Below, piece after piece: positions 44,811-61,170 of a stretch of 64,000 nt of DNA. The notes under the pieces were generated by a model. It did no database searches and was not told where the DNA came from. It worked only from the letters and a program-made list of their open reading frames with translations. Both the position numbers and the translations under genes were made by a program. The DNA comes from the human T2T-CHM13v2.0 reference genome, Homo sapiens. Location of the stretch: the NCBI RefSeq assembly GCF_009914755.1, contig NC_060925.1; one strand, written 5' to 3'. Each line of letters starts with the position of its first letter. Position 1 is the first letter of the stretch.

Positions 44811-45540
44811 ATGGATAGTCTGCCCTGGTTTTCTCCCTCATCCCTGTTATAAAACAGCTGTTCAGAGTTCACTTAGAAAAAAGTCCACATAGACACGAAA
44901 AAATTCACATAGACACAAAATCCACACAGACACAAAACAATTCATCATTTATTCACTTACTCATTTCTTCCTTCTTCAGGTTCTACATTCTTAATGTATA
45001 GACTTTGCTTCTAATTATTTAGATAAAACTTATAGTTTGATCTTTATAATTAGCAGATGGGTAAAGGAAAACGGAAATGTGGTATATCTACATTTGAAGC
45101 ATCTCAGCAGAAAGTCAGTATTTTAGGAAAAATTATAAGGCTTGTAAAAAAAGTGACGATTTTCATATATGCATAATGATGACAGCACCACCTGAACAAT
45201 TTTAAATTTAGCTTACAATGGGAGGAGGGAATATTTTTCACATGTAGTAAGTAGTTTTTCAAAAAAATTTAAATATAGCCAATCAAATACAAATCCCAAA
45301 TAGTGTATTATTTCTGAAATATATTGAAAAAAAGGTCAAAACAAATTTGTTTTGTAGGTGAAATAGATGATCTGCACATGATTAAATTAGGCATAAGGCA
45401 ATGAGGAAGAAAATACATTCTATGTTAAGATTTGCTTGCAGTTGTATTACTTATTTTTCCTGGGAATAGGAAACAAGAAAGATCCTCTGAAGTTGAACTA
45501 AATTTCTGTAACAAAATATTTGACCTAATTGGGTTAAATG

Positions 45541-45655
45541 TTCTTTCCTTCTTTCCTTCCTTCCTTCCTTTCTTCTTTCCTTCCTTCCTTCCTTTCTTCT
45601 TTCCTTCCCTCCTTCCTTCCTCTTTCTTTCCCTTTCTCTCTTTCTTTCTTTCTTT
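45541..45655. repeat. (TTCC/TTTC)n microsatellite
   Basis: Direct inspection. Confidence 0.9.
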
Positions 45656-48600
45656 AAAAAACCAAAATGTCATACTTTTAGAAAGAATCTCCATTTCTCT
45701 ATGTTGGTGAAAAATATGTAAGTTTTGGCTTTTTTGTTCAGTTTCATTTTGAAGTATATTGATTCTGTAGAAGTCTTGTGATATATTGCCCAAAGGCATT
45801 TCTTTTTTTTCCTTTCTTTTTCTTTTTTTTTTTTTTTTTACTTCCACTGAGTTTGAGAATATTTATTAATCATGCAGCAGTCCTTAATCCCACCCACACC
45901 TCTCAATATTCTAGCTGTTTCTTACACTCAACTAGCTTGTTTTGTCCTTCTCCATTGCAATTTCAGATCTGTTCCCTTCTATGAGACAGCTCCATATTAA
46001 AGTGCATTAAGTACATTTTCTCCTCAACCCCGCTTGATATTGGTTGTGACTTTTCTAAGTCATCCCAGCACTTACACCATAAATTTAGATAAACTGTTAA
46101 TTTGTACTTGTTGTTCATATGCAGTAGGTTTGGCTTAAAAAATAGCAAAACTCTTCTTATACTCACTTTATAAGTAAAGATATTTTAAACTCTTGAAGAG
46201 TAGAAACTATGTCATATTTATCTTGTGCTTTCTTTTTCATTCCCTGAATCTTTACATAAGAAATAAAGAATGAGTATTTTATTTCTTCTCTAAATTCTCA
46301 GAGCACTACATTAACTGTCAAACAAAATAAATCAGAGAATTGGTCAGTATAAACTCTACCTGTAAAAGTCAATGTCCCTTTTGACTCTTGCTCTAATGAT
46401 GATGATAGAGTCTCTTAGTTGACTGGATTTGCTCTAAGAGTCTATAAGAATAAAGTTTATATTATTCATTTAGGCAATTCCTTTTTCTAAGACAGCATGT
46501 GCTTGTGTATCAAACCAGAAAGGAGACAGAAAGAGTCAAATGAGTTTGTTTTCATCGTGTAACTTAAAAATAGGCAGATATTTAATGATTTATTTCATTT
46601 TGATCTTTAAATTCTCAGAATAGTCTTCTCTCTTAGTCCTTTCTAGCTAAGGGTCTATTTTCCAACTTTCTCTGTCTGCACCAAAAACCAAAAAACAAAC
46701 AAAAAGAGTCTATATCTAAACATTGTCCAAAGGTGTTTGTGAGATACATTTAGCAGTAAAATAAGGAAGGTTATTATTGTGAGAAAAGAGAGACATAGTC
46801 AAGATGGTGATACAGAAGGCTCCACCCATCATCCCCCTACCCCTACAAGAACAGCAACTTAGCAAGTATCTACACAGAAAAAAACACCTTCATAATAACC
46901 AAAAATCAAGTGAGCACTCACAGTACCTGGTTTTAACTTCATATTGCTGAAAAAGGCAGAAAAGATAGCAAAAACAGCCTTGAATCACCAATGCTACCCC
47001 TCCTCCACCCCCATCCTTCACTTCCCCTTCACCCCAGCAGCTGCGTGTTGTCGAGAGCATCTCTGGGTGCTGTGGGAGGGGGGACACATAATTGTGAGGC
47101 ATTGAACTCAGTTCTGTCCTATTAGAGTAAAAAGAAAAACCAGACCAAACTCACCTGACACCCACCCATGAAAGGAGCATTTAAACCAGCCCTAGCCAGA
47201 GGGGAATTCCTGAGCTTAGTGGTCCAAATTTGAGTTCCCCCAAACCTTGCCACCTAGGGTTACAGCACTACATGTCTCCAAGTAAACTTGAAAGGCAGTC
47301 TAGACCATAAAGACTGCAACTCTTAGGCAAGACCTAGTGCTGAACTAGGTCCAGAGACAGTGCACTTGGGGGGCACGTGACATACTGAGACATCAGCTGG
47401 GGCAGCCAAAGGAGTGCTGGCATCACCCCTCCCCTAACCCTAGGCTGCACAGCTCACAGCTTCAAAAGAGACCCTTCCTTCTGCTTGAGGAGAGGAGAGG
47501 GATAAATGGGGAGGACTTTGTTTTGCATCTTGGATACCAGCTCAGCCACAGCAGGATAAGGCACCAGTCAGAGTAGTGAAGCCCCCGTTCCAGGCCCTAG
47601 CTCCCATCTGACATTTTTAGACAAACCCTAGGCCAGAAGGGAACTCACTGCCTTGAAAGGACCCAGCCCTGGAAATATTTATCACCTGCTAACAGAGGAG
47701 TCCTTGGGCCCTGAATAATCAGCAGCAATACCCAGGCACTACATCAAGGGCCTTGGGTGAGCCTCTGAAATTTGCTGGCTTCAGGTGAGACTCAGTACAT
47801 TACCAGCTGTGGTGCATATGGGGCAAAACTGCTGCTTCAGAAAAGCAGAGGGAAAAGTAAAGAGGACTTTGTCGTGTACCTTAGGTACCAGCACAGCCAC
47901 AGCAGAGGGACAGAGAACCAAGTGGGGTCTTGGGATCCCCAATTCCAGGACTTGGCTCTTGGATGACATTCCTGGACACTGCCCTGACGGGTGAGTCCCA
48001 GGCCAGGCAGCATTTATCACAAGCTAACTTAAGAGCCCTTGGGCCTTCAGGGAACATTGGTAACATTGGTGGTAGTCTGGCAGAACTCCTCTTGGCCTGA
48101 GGGTGGTGGTGACTAGGGGGTGATGCTCCTCTGCCTTTGGAAAGGGGAGAGAAGAGTGGGAAGGACTGCATCTTTTGGGTTTAAACGCCAGCTCAGCCAC
48201 AATAGAAAAGAATACCAGGTAGACTTCTAAGGTTTTTGAATCTAGTCCCTGACTCCCAGATGGCACCTCTGGACCCATCTGGGATCTGGGGGACCTTGCC
48301 ACCCTGAAGGGAAGGACACGAGCCTGGCTGGCTTTGACACTGGCAGTTTTAGAGCTCCAGGGCCTTGAACAAACATAGGCAGTTGCCAGAGAATGGCTAC
48401 AGGAGGCTTCGGGTAGACAGTGCTTTGCTGGCTTCAGGTCTGACCCAGTGGAGTCGTAGTGGTGGTAGCCACAGGGGTGTCTTGCCAGCCCAGCTTTAGG
48501 TGGCTCAGAACAGAGAGAAAGACTCTGTTTGAGAGAAAGTAAGGAAGGAAAACAAGAGACTTTTCCTAGTAGTTCAGAGAATTCTTCCAAATCTTGTCCA

Positions 48601-49940
48601 AGACTGTCAAGGCAGTACTTCTACCATTCTGCAAGAACCACAGCATTACTGGGCTTGGGGTGCCCCTTAAAGCTTAGGTCACAGCTTAGATCACAACACC
48701 CATGTTCTTTCAAGTATCTGGAATGGCTTCCCAAGAAGGACAGCTACAAATAAGGCCAGGCAATGAAGACTACGATAAATACCTAACTCTTCAATGCTCA
48801 GACACCAAAGAACAACTACTAGCATCAACACCATTCAGGAAAACATGACCTCACCAAATGAACTAAATAAGGTACCAGGGATCAATGCTGGAAAAACAGA
48901 GATGTGTGACCTTTCAAGCAGATAATTCAAAATAGCAGTGTTGAGGAAACTCAAAGAAATTCAAGTTAACACAGTGACAGAATTCACAATTCTATCAGAT
49001 AAATGTAACTAAGAGATTGAAATAATTGAAAATAATCAAGCAGAAATTCTGGAGGTAAAAAGTATAAGTGGTATATTGAAGAATGCATCAGAGTTATTTT
49101 ATAGCAGAACTGATCAAGCAGAAGAAAGAATCAATGGGCTTGAAGAAAAGCTATTTGAAAATACACAGAAGAGACAAAGATAAAAGCATAAGAAATTATG
49201 AAGCACACCTACAGGATCTAGAAAATATCCTCAAAAGGGCATATCTAAGAGTTACTGGCCTTAAAGAGGAGGTAGAGAAAGAGATAGGGGTAGAAAGCTT
49301 ATTCAGAGTGATAATATGAGATAACTTTCCAAACCTAGAGAAAGATATCAATATCCAAGTACAAGAAGGTTATGGAACACCAAGCAGATTTAACCCAAAG
49401 AAGATTGCTTCCAGGCATTTAATAATCAGACTCCCAAAGATCAAGGATGAAGAAAGGATCCTAAAAGCAGTAACAGAAAATAAACAAATAACATACAATG
49501 GAGCTCCAGTATGTCTGGCAGCAGACTTTTCCAAGGAAACCTTTCAGCCTGGGAGAGAGTGGCATGACATATTGAAAATGCTGAAGGAAAAAACTTTTAC
49601 CCTAGAATAGCTTATCTGGAGAAAATTTCCTTTAAACGTGAAGGAGAAATAAAGACTTTCCCAGACAAACAAAAGCTGAGGGATTTCTGGGGGATTTCAT
49701 CAACACCAGACCTGTGCTGCAAGAAATGCTAAAGGGAGTCCTTCAATCAGAAATAAAAGGACATTAATGACCAATAAGTAATCACTTGAATGTATAAAAC
49801 TCACTGGTAATAGTAAGTACACAGAATATCATAACACTGTAACTGTGGTGTGTAAACTACTCTTATCCTAAGTAGAAAGACTAAATGATGAACCAATAAA
49901 AATAATAACTACAACAACTTTTCAAGACATAAGCAGTACA

Positions 49941-50240
<300 letters not shown>

Positions 50241-53200
50241 GACAAAGGAAGTACTATATGATATAAATAAAACAACAAAATAAAGTGTAGTTTTTGTTAG
50301 TTTTCTTTTTGCTTGTTTGTTTATCCAAGCAGCGTTAAATTGTTATCAGGTTAAAATAATGGTTTATAAGATAGTATTTGCTAGCCTCGTGGTAACCTCA
50401 AACCAAACAACATACAATGGATACCAGAAAATAAAAAGCAATAAACTAAATCATATCACCAGAGAAAATCACCTTTACTAAAGGAAGAGAGAAAGGAAGG
50501 AAAGAAGGAAGAGAAGACCACGCACACACAAAAAGACACAGAAAATAAATAACAAAATGGGAGGAGTAAGTAAGTCCTTACTTATCATTAATAACATTGA
50601 ATGTAAATGGACTAAATTATCCAATCAATAGACAACAGCCAATGATCTGTTGTCTACAAGAAACACACTTTAGCTTTAAAGATACACATAGACTTAAAGA
50701 ACTGAAAAAGATATTCCATGCCAATGAAAACCATAAAAGAACAGGAGTAGCTGTACTTACATCAACAACTATAGACAAAAACTATAAGAAGAGACAAAGA
50801 AAGTCACTATATCATGAAAAAGGGGTCAATTCAACAAGATGATATAACAATTGTAAATATATATGCACCCAACACTGGAGCACCCATATAAAGGAAATAT
50901 TATTAAACCTAGAGAGAGAGAGAGAGAGAGACATAGGTCCCAATATAATAAAAGCTGGAGACTTCCACACCCCACTTTCAGCATTGGACAGATCTCCCAG
51001 ACAGATAATGAACAAAGAAATATCAGAGTTAATCTATATTATAGACCAAATAGATCTAGTAGATAGTTATAGAACATTTCATCCACGAGCTGCAGAATAC
51101 ACATTATTCTCCTCAGCACATGAATTATTTTCAAGGAGAGACCATATGTTAAGTCACAAAACGAGCCTTAAAACATGCTAAAAATTGAAATAATATCAAG
51201 CATCTTCTCTGATCACAATGGAATAAAACTAGAAATTAATAACAAGAGGAATTTCTGAAACTATACAAACATAGAAATTTAACATATGCTCCTGAGTGAC
51301 CAGTGGGGCAATGAAGAAATTAAGAAGGAAATTGAAAAATTTCTTGAAAGAAATGATAATGGAAACACAACATACCAATATCTATGGGATATAGTAAAAG
51401 CAGTGCTAAGAGAGAAGTTTATAGCTATAAATGCCTACATCAAAAAAGAGGAAAAACTTCAAATAAACAATCTAATGCCGTATCTTAAAGAACTAGAAAA
51501 GCAAGAGAAAACCAAGTCCAAAATCAGTGAAGAAAAGAAATAATAAAGATCTGAGCAGAAATAAATAAAATTGAAAACCATAAAAAAGATCAATGTAACA
51601 AAAAGTTGGTTTTTTTATAAAGTTAAACAAAATTGGCAAACCTTTAGTTAGACTAAGAAAAAAAGGGAGAGCATTCAAATAAATAAAACCAGAAATTGAA
51701 AAAAGAGACATTACAACTGAATCTGCAGAAATTCAAAGGATCATTAGTGGCTATTATGAGCAATTATATGCCAATAAATTGGAAAATCTAGAAGAGATAG
51801 TCAAATTCCTAGATACATACAACCTACCAAAATTGAACCAAGAAGAAATCTAAAACCTGAACAGACCAATAACAAATAACAAGGTCAAAGCTGTCATAAA
51901 ATATCTCCCAGTAAAGAAAATCCCAGGACCCAATGACTTTACTGCTGAATTCTACCAAACATTTAAAGAAAAACTAACACTAATCCTAGTCAAACTTTTC
52001 CAAAAAAAAAGAGGAGGAAGGAATACTTCCAAACTTATTCTATGAGATCATTTTTACCCTAATACCAAAATGAGACAAAGACACATCAAAAAAAAGAAAA
52101 GTACAGGCCAATATCTCTGATGAATATTCATGTAAAAATCCTCAACAAAATGCTAACAAACCAAATTTAACAATACATTAAAAAGATCATTCATCACGAT
52201 AAAGTGGGACTTATCCTTGAGATGCAAGGAAGATTCGAAATATGCAAGTCAATCAATGTGATACATCGTATCAACAGAATACAGAATAAAATCCATATGA
52301 TCATTTCAATTGATGCTGAAAAACTATTGAATAAAGTTCAACATTCCTTCATGATAAAAAAGAAACCCTCAGAAAACTGGACATAAGAGGAATGTACACA
52401 ACATAATAAAAACCATATGTGACAGACCCACAGCTAGTATCATATTTAATATAGAAAAACTGAAAGCCTTTCCTCTAAGATCTGGAACACATTAAGGATG
52501 CCCAATCTCACCACTCTTATTTGACATAGTACTGGAAGTCCTAGCTAGAGCAATCAGACAAGAGAAAGAAATAAAGGGCATCTAAATTGGAACGGAAGAA
52601 GTCAAATTATTCTTGTTTGCAGATGATGTGATCTTATAGCTGGAAACACCTAAAGACTCCACTAATAAACTTTTAAATCTTATGAATAAATTTAGTAAAG
52701 TTGCAGGGTGCAAAGTCAACATACAAAAGTCAGTGACATTTCTATATGCCATCAGTGAACAGTCTGAAAAAGAAGTTTAAAAGTTATCCTATTTATAATA
52801 GCCACACATAAAATTAAATACCAAGGAATTAACCAAAGAAATAAAAGATCTCTGCAATGAAAACTATAACACACTAATGAAAGAAATTAAAGAGGGCATC
52901 AAAAAATGGAAAGGTATTTTATGTTCATGAATTGGAAGAATTAATATTGCTAAAATGGCCGTACTACCCAAAGCAATCTACAGATTCAATGCAATCCATG
53001 TCACAGAAATAAAAAAAAACTATTCTAAAATTTATATGGAATCACAAATTACCCAGAGTAGCTAAAGCTATCCTAAGCAAAAAGAATAAAACTGAAGGAA
53101 TTACATTACCTGACTTCAAATTATACTACAGAGCTATAGTAACCAAAATAGCATGGTATTGGCATAAAAACAGGCACATACACCAATGGAACAGAATAGA

Positions 53201-53713
53201 GAACCCAGAAACAAATCCACACACCTATAGTGAACTCGTTTTTGACAAAGGTGCCAAGAATATAAATTGAGGAAGAGACAGTCTCTTCAGTAAATGGTAC
53301 TGGGAACACTAGATATCCATATGGTGAAGAATGAAGCTAGATCTCTATCTCTTGCCACATAAAAAAATCAAATAAAAATGGATTAAAGACTTAAATCGAA
53401 GACCTAAAGCTATGAAACTACTATGAGAAAACTTTGGGGAAACTCTCTAGGACATTGGTTTGGGCAAAATTTCTTGAGTAATACCCCACAGCACTGGCAA
53501 GCGAAGTCAAAATGGACAAATGAGATCACATCAAGTTAAAAAGCTTCTGCACAACAAAGGATACAATCACAAAGTGAAGAGCACCCCACAGAATGGGAAA
53601 AAATATTTGAAAACTATCCATCTAATAAGAGATTAACAACCAGAATATGTAAGGATTCCTAACAACTCTATAAGAAAAGACTTAATACTCTGCTTAAAAA
53701 ATAAGCAACAGAT

Positions 53714-54069
<356 letters not shown>

Positions 54070-55029
54070 TTATATGTAAATAGGCATATGATGAGGTGCT
54101 GAACATCATTAAACATCAGAGAAATTCAAATAAAAACTACAATGAAGTATCATCTCACCTCACTTAAAATGGCTTAGAAAAGACAGGCAATAACAAATGC
54201 TGACAAGGATGTGGAAAAAAAAGGAACAGACGTACACAACTGGTGGGAAAGTAAATTACTAAACCACTATGGAGAAGATTTTGGAAGTTTCTCAAAAAAC
54301 TAAAAATAGAGCTACCATGCAATCCAGCAATCCCTCTGCTGGGTATATATCCAAAAGAAAGACCATCACTATATCGAAGAGCTATCTGCGCTCCTGTTTG
54401 TTGCAGCGCTATTTACAATGGCCAAGATGGGGAACCAAACTAAGTGTCCATCAGTAGATGAATGGATAAAGAAAGTGTGGTACCTATACACAGTGGAGTA
54501 CTATTCAGCCATAAAAAATGAGATCTCATCATTTGTGAAAACATGATAGAACTGGAGATCGTTATGTTAAGTGAAATAAGCCAGGCACAGAATGACAAAC
54601 ATCACATGTTCTCACTTATTGGTGGTATCTAAAAACTAAAACAATTGAATACATGGACACATAGAATAGAAGGCTGGTTATCAGAGGCTGGGAATGGTAG
54701 TGGAGGGCTCAGGGGTGGGAGGATGATTAATGGGTGCAAAAAAATAGTAAGAATGAGCAAGACCTACTATTTGATAGCACAACAGGGTGACTATAGTCAG
54801 TAATAACTTAATTGTACGTTTTAAAATAACTTAAAGAGTGTAATTGGATTGTTTGTAACCCAAAGGATACATGCTTGAGGGGATGGGTAATTCCTTCTCC
54901 ATGATGTGCTTATTTTACATTTCATACCTGTATCAAAATATATACACTTCCTATGTTCCCACAAAAATTAAAAATAAAAGAAGAAAAGGAGGTATAGAAG
55001 AAAAAGAGGAGTGCTTTGGACATAGTAAT

Positions 55030-55423
55030 TGCTATGGTTTGAATGTATGTTTCCTTTCAAAATTCATATGTTGGAACTTAACCCCCAGGGTAATGGTATG
55101 AAAAGATGAGACCCTTGGGAGGTGAGTAGGCTCTGAGGGCTTTGCCTTCATAAATGAGATTAGTACCCTTCTACAAACACCTTCAGAGAGATGCCTCCCC
55201 TTTTCCATCCCTTCCTCCATGTGAGGATACAATATTCATCCCCTCCAGAGGATACAGTGTTGAAGGTGTCGTCTGGGGAGTAGAGAGCAGCCCTTACCAG
55301 ACACTGATCCTACTGGCCCCTTGATCTTGAACTTCCCAACCTAAGAACTGTGAGAAGCAAATTTCTGTTGTTTACAAATTGTCCAGTTTCAGGCATTTTG
55401 TTATAGCAGCACAAACTAAGATA
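55030..55423 (+). mobile_element. MaLR solo LTR (MST/MLT1A-like)
   Basis: Runs tgctatggtttgaatgt...aaattcatatgttggaac to gttatagcagcacaaactaagata. Confidence 0.85.
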
Positions 55424-56033
55424 GAAACAAATACCCTTCCTTTTATTGAAATTGTTTGAATCTATTCCTTGTTCCATGAAATGACATAAATATATGAGAA
55501 TAAACTCTTCTGAGAGTTGTTTCCCCTGAACTGTGGGGGATTCCACAAGACTATGTAAGACTATGTAAGAGGAAAATGAAATTGAACATTTTGGTTAGCT
55601 TTAAAACTAAGCTGAATGTAAACTTAAATATAGATAAAATATATCTTTTAAAGTTTTTGAAGTGGGTATCTATCTCCTCTTGTCTCCATGCCTGTATTCT
55701 GTATCTTACTACATGCATTTTCATAGATCTCACACTTTAAAGCTTATTATTTCTTCCTTTAAACATGACTCCACGTATGCCAATTTTCATTTGTTCCTTT
55801 ATTCCATGGTAATGCTTAATGCCCAGAAAAGTACAAGGCATTACTGCTGCCCTCTTGGCTTCCTAGGTCTCATTGTTCAATGCAACTTATAAACCATGTT
55901 CAAACCTTCTATAGCACTATTTTTATACTGGCACCGCTTGCTCAAGAACTGTAATAGTTACCCATTGCAACTTCAATGGGAAAAGGGCCTGAAGTAGGAA
56001 TCCGATGATAGTTTTAACACCCGCACAATATTA

Positions 56034-56240
<207 letters not shown>

Positions 56241-56713
56241 TTAAAAGGATAAAAAAGGCGATGTATGTCAAAGCAATTTTAAAAGTGCAAAGCATTATAC
56301 AAATAAAGTTGTACACTACCTATTTCAAGCCTTTTTATAAATTGACTACCACACATCTATCTATCTTTACTGCTCATCACTGTTCTATGGGCAATCTCTG
56401 TCCAGGTAAAATAAACTTCCTAAGATGTCATGTTTATCCTTACTTTTATTCTTGTTTATTTTATCTGCTTACGTCTTCCTCTTTAAATCCTACCCAACTG
56501 TCCAGTGAAACATGTCCTCCTACCTTAATGTCCTATTGCATGGATTAGATTTACAGCCAGCTCACCAGACCCTGGAAAGCAGTCCCACTGATCACACAGA
56601 AAATATGCAGTAAATATTTGTCAGTGGGTTGGTTTTTGTGTCAACTCTTTCTCTTTTCTTTTAATGTTTATGGCATTTTTATTAGCTTGAGAAGCCAAAG
56701 GAAATGATGTCAC

Positions 56714-57354
56714 TGTGATGGTTGATTTTATGTGTCAACTTGACTGGGCCACGGGGTTCCCGGATATTTGGTGAAACATTATTCTGCGTGTTTCTGTGAA
56801 TGTGTCTTTGGGGATTAGATTAACTTTTGAAATAGTAGACTGAGTAAAGCAGATTTTCCTCCTTAATGTGTCTGAGCCTCCTTCAATCAGCTGAAGGCTT
56901 GAATAGAATAAGAAGACTGATTCTCCCCTGATTAGAGAAGATTCCTCCTGCCTAACTCTTTGAACTGTGACATTGGCATTTTTTTTTTTTTTTACTTCAA
57001 CATGAACTGAAATATTGACCCTTCTTGAGTCTCAATCTTACCACACTTTAGGCTGATCTATAACACTGACTCTCCTCAGTCTCCAGTTTTCCTTTGGAGT
57101 CACACTGGAACTACACCATCGGCTCTCTGGGGTGTCCAGTTTGCTGGCTCACCCTGCAGATCTTGAGACTTGTGAGTCTCCATAACTGTGTGAATCAATT
57201 CCTTATAATAAATGTGTTTATATAAAATATATGTACAATAAGAATATATAAAATAGGATATATGATAATTATATGCAATATTATATATGTGTGTGTATAC
57301 ACACACACACTACACACATGCTATGTGTTCTGTTTCTCTGGAGAACTCTAATAC
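56714..57354 (+). mobile_element. MLT2 ERVL solo LTR
   Basis: Runs tgtgatggttgattttatgtgtcaacttgactgggccac to ctgtttctctggagaactctaatac, with an internal AT/CA-rich tract. Confidence 0.88.
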
Positions 57355-60300
57355 TTGATGCAGTGGGGCCCCTTAGGATGCTTCTTGTCAGGGTCTTTAA
57401 AATATGTAACCCACTTTTAAATATCCCACAAAAAAAGACAAAAACAAAAACAAAGCAAAAAAAAAAGACATAAAAATCTCATGATTTTAAGCCTTACAAG
57501 TGAGCTACACTCTAAGGAGGACATATATGAGACCATAAAACACTTACCAGAAAATTGGATATATGCATGAATCACAATATTGTATGTTATTTAAAGTTGA
57601 GAGGAAAAAATATGTTAGGGCACTCATCACACAACTTCACAAAGCCCAAAACAAACATTTAGTCATGGTGAGTGTATCAAGGTATGAGTATATACTGTAT
57701 ATCCTTCAACTCTCCCAGAAGATAACTTTGGAAATGTGTGCATAGTGTATACATTTAAATTGAGATTTTTTTTAAAAGCAATATCACTCACTAGAACTGT
57801 TAAAATATAACATTTCCATCCCACTGCATTGTACAGTTTAATATACATCCAGTGGTGAGCTCAGGTGTTGCCTTCCCAGGGGCATTATTTTTGTCTTTTG
57901 GTTATAATAAAATCTGAAGCAAAGGCTCACTTTTTGAGGGAAAAAATAGATTGCAGTATCATTATTACTATTATTTTGCTTCATAGCTCTATGGCACTGA
58001 ATCTTTGATTCATACAGCTCCCCCATGTCCTTTGTACTTTCATTCTACAGTTTCGCTTTAGGACATTGGACTGAACATGGGCTTCATAAAGCAAGACTGT
58101 CTTTGGTTTTGCTCCCCATATATCTCCAGCACTTAAAATGCTGCCAGCCCATAGTAAAAGATAAACACATGTTTATGGATGAATAAATGGCAAAGTAGTG
58201 TGTAAAAAGAAGAATTTAGCAAGGCCTGTCAGGCAGATTTGCATTACAAGACAGGATTTATACTTTATCTCCTGACTTCCTGTAAATTAATAGGCCAAAG
58301 CCTTGTAAGTATTAGCATCTTAGCATGGTACTTTTAAAATTTTTTCAATTAAAACAAAGACCACAGTTTCCTCATCTGTAAGTTAAGGTGGAGTGGATGT
58401 TTAATCACCAAACACATCTGTCCCATTTTCCCAACGAACCAGCTGTCCTTCTCTTTGTGTGTTGTATTTTAGGGGCAGGGATGCACCACTCACTCATCTG
58501 CCCATGCCCCAGATGAATAGCTTCTCCCTTTCTTTCCCTTATACTTTATGCTAAGTAATACCCAATTTGTTTATATTCCTTCTCCTAAATAACTTGAATA
58601 CATTCATTTCTTTTTCTCTTCTGTCTCGTTTATTCCAATCCATTTTACACACACATGCACATGCACACACACGGACATGTTAACTAATATTTAAACCCCC
58701 TGTGTATTACCCCATCCCATCTCTGTGTGATAAGGTAGAAACTCTTCAACAGACCTTAGGGGATCTTTTAATATCTGGCCCCAGATTTCATCCTTATTCT
58801 TGGATTTCTCCATCACTTTCTTCCCTGCCCCCACAACTCTAATCTCCAACTACACTGAATTACTTTTAGCTGCTTTAACCTGCTCATTCACTTGTGTTTG
58901 TGCATTCTTTTTCTTACTTCCCAGCATTTGCACATATTTCCCTCTACCTAAAACACTCTTTTCACTACTCTTTTTCTGTCTCTCACTTATTCTCCAGCAC
59001 TCACCTCAGATGTTATTACCACTGGTAAATGTTAACTGACTCCACAAGGCAAGTTATTTGAAGTCTTTTTGCTTATTTTATCTCTGGGACTTAGCACATT
59101 ACCTTACTTATAAAAGGTACTAATAAAATGTGTTTGAATGCATTAATTTTTACATTTTCTTTTAGCTTTATTATTTTGAGAAGATTAGGCCACTTGCTTT
59201 TTCCCTTTTTTTTCTGTTTCTTCCACTTCCTTCTTTGAATTCTTGTAAAATCTCAAAATCTCTTCCTCTTTTTTTTTTGCCTTTGCCAGCTCTTCCATTC
59301 AATGGAATTAAAGGAAATTAAGTTTATCAAATAAATCTTAATAAGTAATAGAAATTTAGCACAGTTATATTAGCTTATATTGATTGTGCATAAAGCATTT
59401 GGGATTTAAAACAGTTAATATGAATTGGTACCAAGACATTAATTTCTAATACCAGTGCTGTTGCTCAATAATAGCTGCTTATGTATCAGGTTTAGGTATA
59501 TTCCTGAAAAGTCATTGTTGTCTATGCCTAGGGTGTCTCCAGCATCTCCTTTCTGAAGAGAGTAGGTAGGCTTTCCCTTTATTCCACTTTTAGCTTTCTG
59601 ATTCTAAGGTGTGATTGCAATCTTACATCTTACATTTCTGACATCGGGAGAACATGTCTTCATTATTTCACTAACTCAGAAGGGGAAGGTAATAAAATTT
59701 TATTTATATTAAGCATCTTTCTACACCAAGCTCAAGGAAAGACTACTTAGAGAAAGATTTAGGGAGCATGAAACGAATGTTATCAGTCAAACTGAACAGA
59801 CTTACATAGCCTGGGGGTTCTTTCCCCCTCTCATATTTATGATCCTATCCTGATCAAGGACAAAATAATACGTAGATACATTAAGTAGTTCAAGATCATA
59901 TTTGAATACTTGATCCACTCACTAAATCTTATAGTTTATTACTCAGTGCAGTCCTTCTTCAGTTCTTTATGACTCAATTTCCTGATTTATAAATGTAAAC
60001 TTCAAGTCCTGATAACTCAGTTAATTTCTTACAGTTTAGTAAAGCTGTCTTCATTATATATCTATTTGATAAAGCTATATGGCCCAAGATGATATTTTAA
60101 AATTGTGTATAAAAATATATGTTGTAAAAGCACCACAAATCTGCTCTTCAGAATGCCAGTTAAGTCTTTGCTATTATTTATATTCTGAGACTGGGAGAAA
60201 AGGGGAATGGGGAGGGGGTTTGGCAGTTGTTGTTTACACTAATTGACAATATCTGTCTTCACTATAAAGCAGTTAAGAATATTCATCTTTATCTCTACAT

Positions 60301-60849
60301 TCAGAGTAAGTATAAGTATATTGGGAAAGAGGCTGTGTTAAAGAAATGGAAGGACGTAGCATATTTTCTGAGGCAATGAATAGCTTAAGTAAGGATTGTT
60401 ATTATTATTCGATTAAAGTTTTCAATAGCTATGGATGCTAACATTCCATTTTTGGAACATTGTTATTTTTGGAGATAAATATTTACTTTTCAGAAAGTAA
60501 TATCTTTAATGTAAAAATACCTGATTACTTTTACAGGACTTAAAATGGGGTGGAATCTCATAGGTAAGGTCAGGTGAAAGAAGAGCTCTTGTTTCTAGAG
60601 AAAGGGATTGTTTTAGGATGGAGGTGTCTTAGAGAAATGAATACAAATAGGCATTAAAAGAAAGTTTCCTTTACAAGATTCAAACTATCCCTTACCAACT
60701 CCATGAGAAACGGTTACAAATTGTTTGCAGTCCTGCATATACAAGACTGAACTTAAAATAACTTGCACTTAATAGGAAAAAAGGAAAAAAGTGGGTCTTT
60801 ATTTAACAAGAATTCCAAATAAAATCAAGCACAGAAATCATATTTGAAA

Positions 60850-60868
60850 TTACCACTAGAGGGCAGAA
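60850..60868 (+). promoter_or_regulatory. Candidate CTCF site
   Basis: ccactagagggcag at 60853-60866 fits the CTCF core CCASYAGRKGGCRS. Motif only; occupancy is unknown. Confidence 0.55.
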
Positions 60869-60949
60869 AATAGGGGGAAAGAATATATAATAATAGTGGA
60901 TTTCAGGAATCTGAATTTTCAAGCCCCTGGAACCTCTGAAGACAACTGT

Positions 60950-61170
60950 AATAATAACAATAGTTAACATTTATGAGGTGCCTACTATGTGCCAAGCACA
61001 GTTGTAGAAATTGTAAATATATAATATTAATTAAATTGATGAATACACACACACACACACACTCACATATTTAATTTCACAACCATCCTATAGATAGGTA
61101 CTATCAGTATCTCCATTTTGTAGATGAGGAAACTGAGGTTAAATAATTTGTGCAAGGATGTGAAGTAAGT
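60950..61170 (-). mobile_element. MIR
   Basis: tgcctactatgtgccaagcac...ctccattttgtagatgaggaaactgagg. Confidence 0.8.

Noticed and set aside
47772-48753. Cluster of ORFs up to 188 aa
   Set aside because: They fall within the GC-richer 5' UTR of the old L1 and show no protein similarity.
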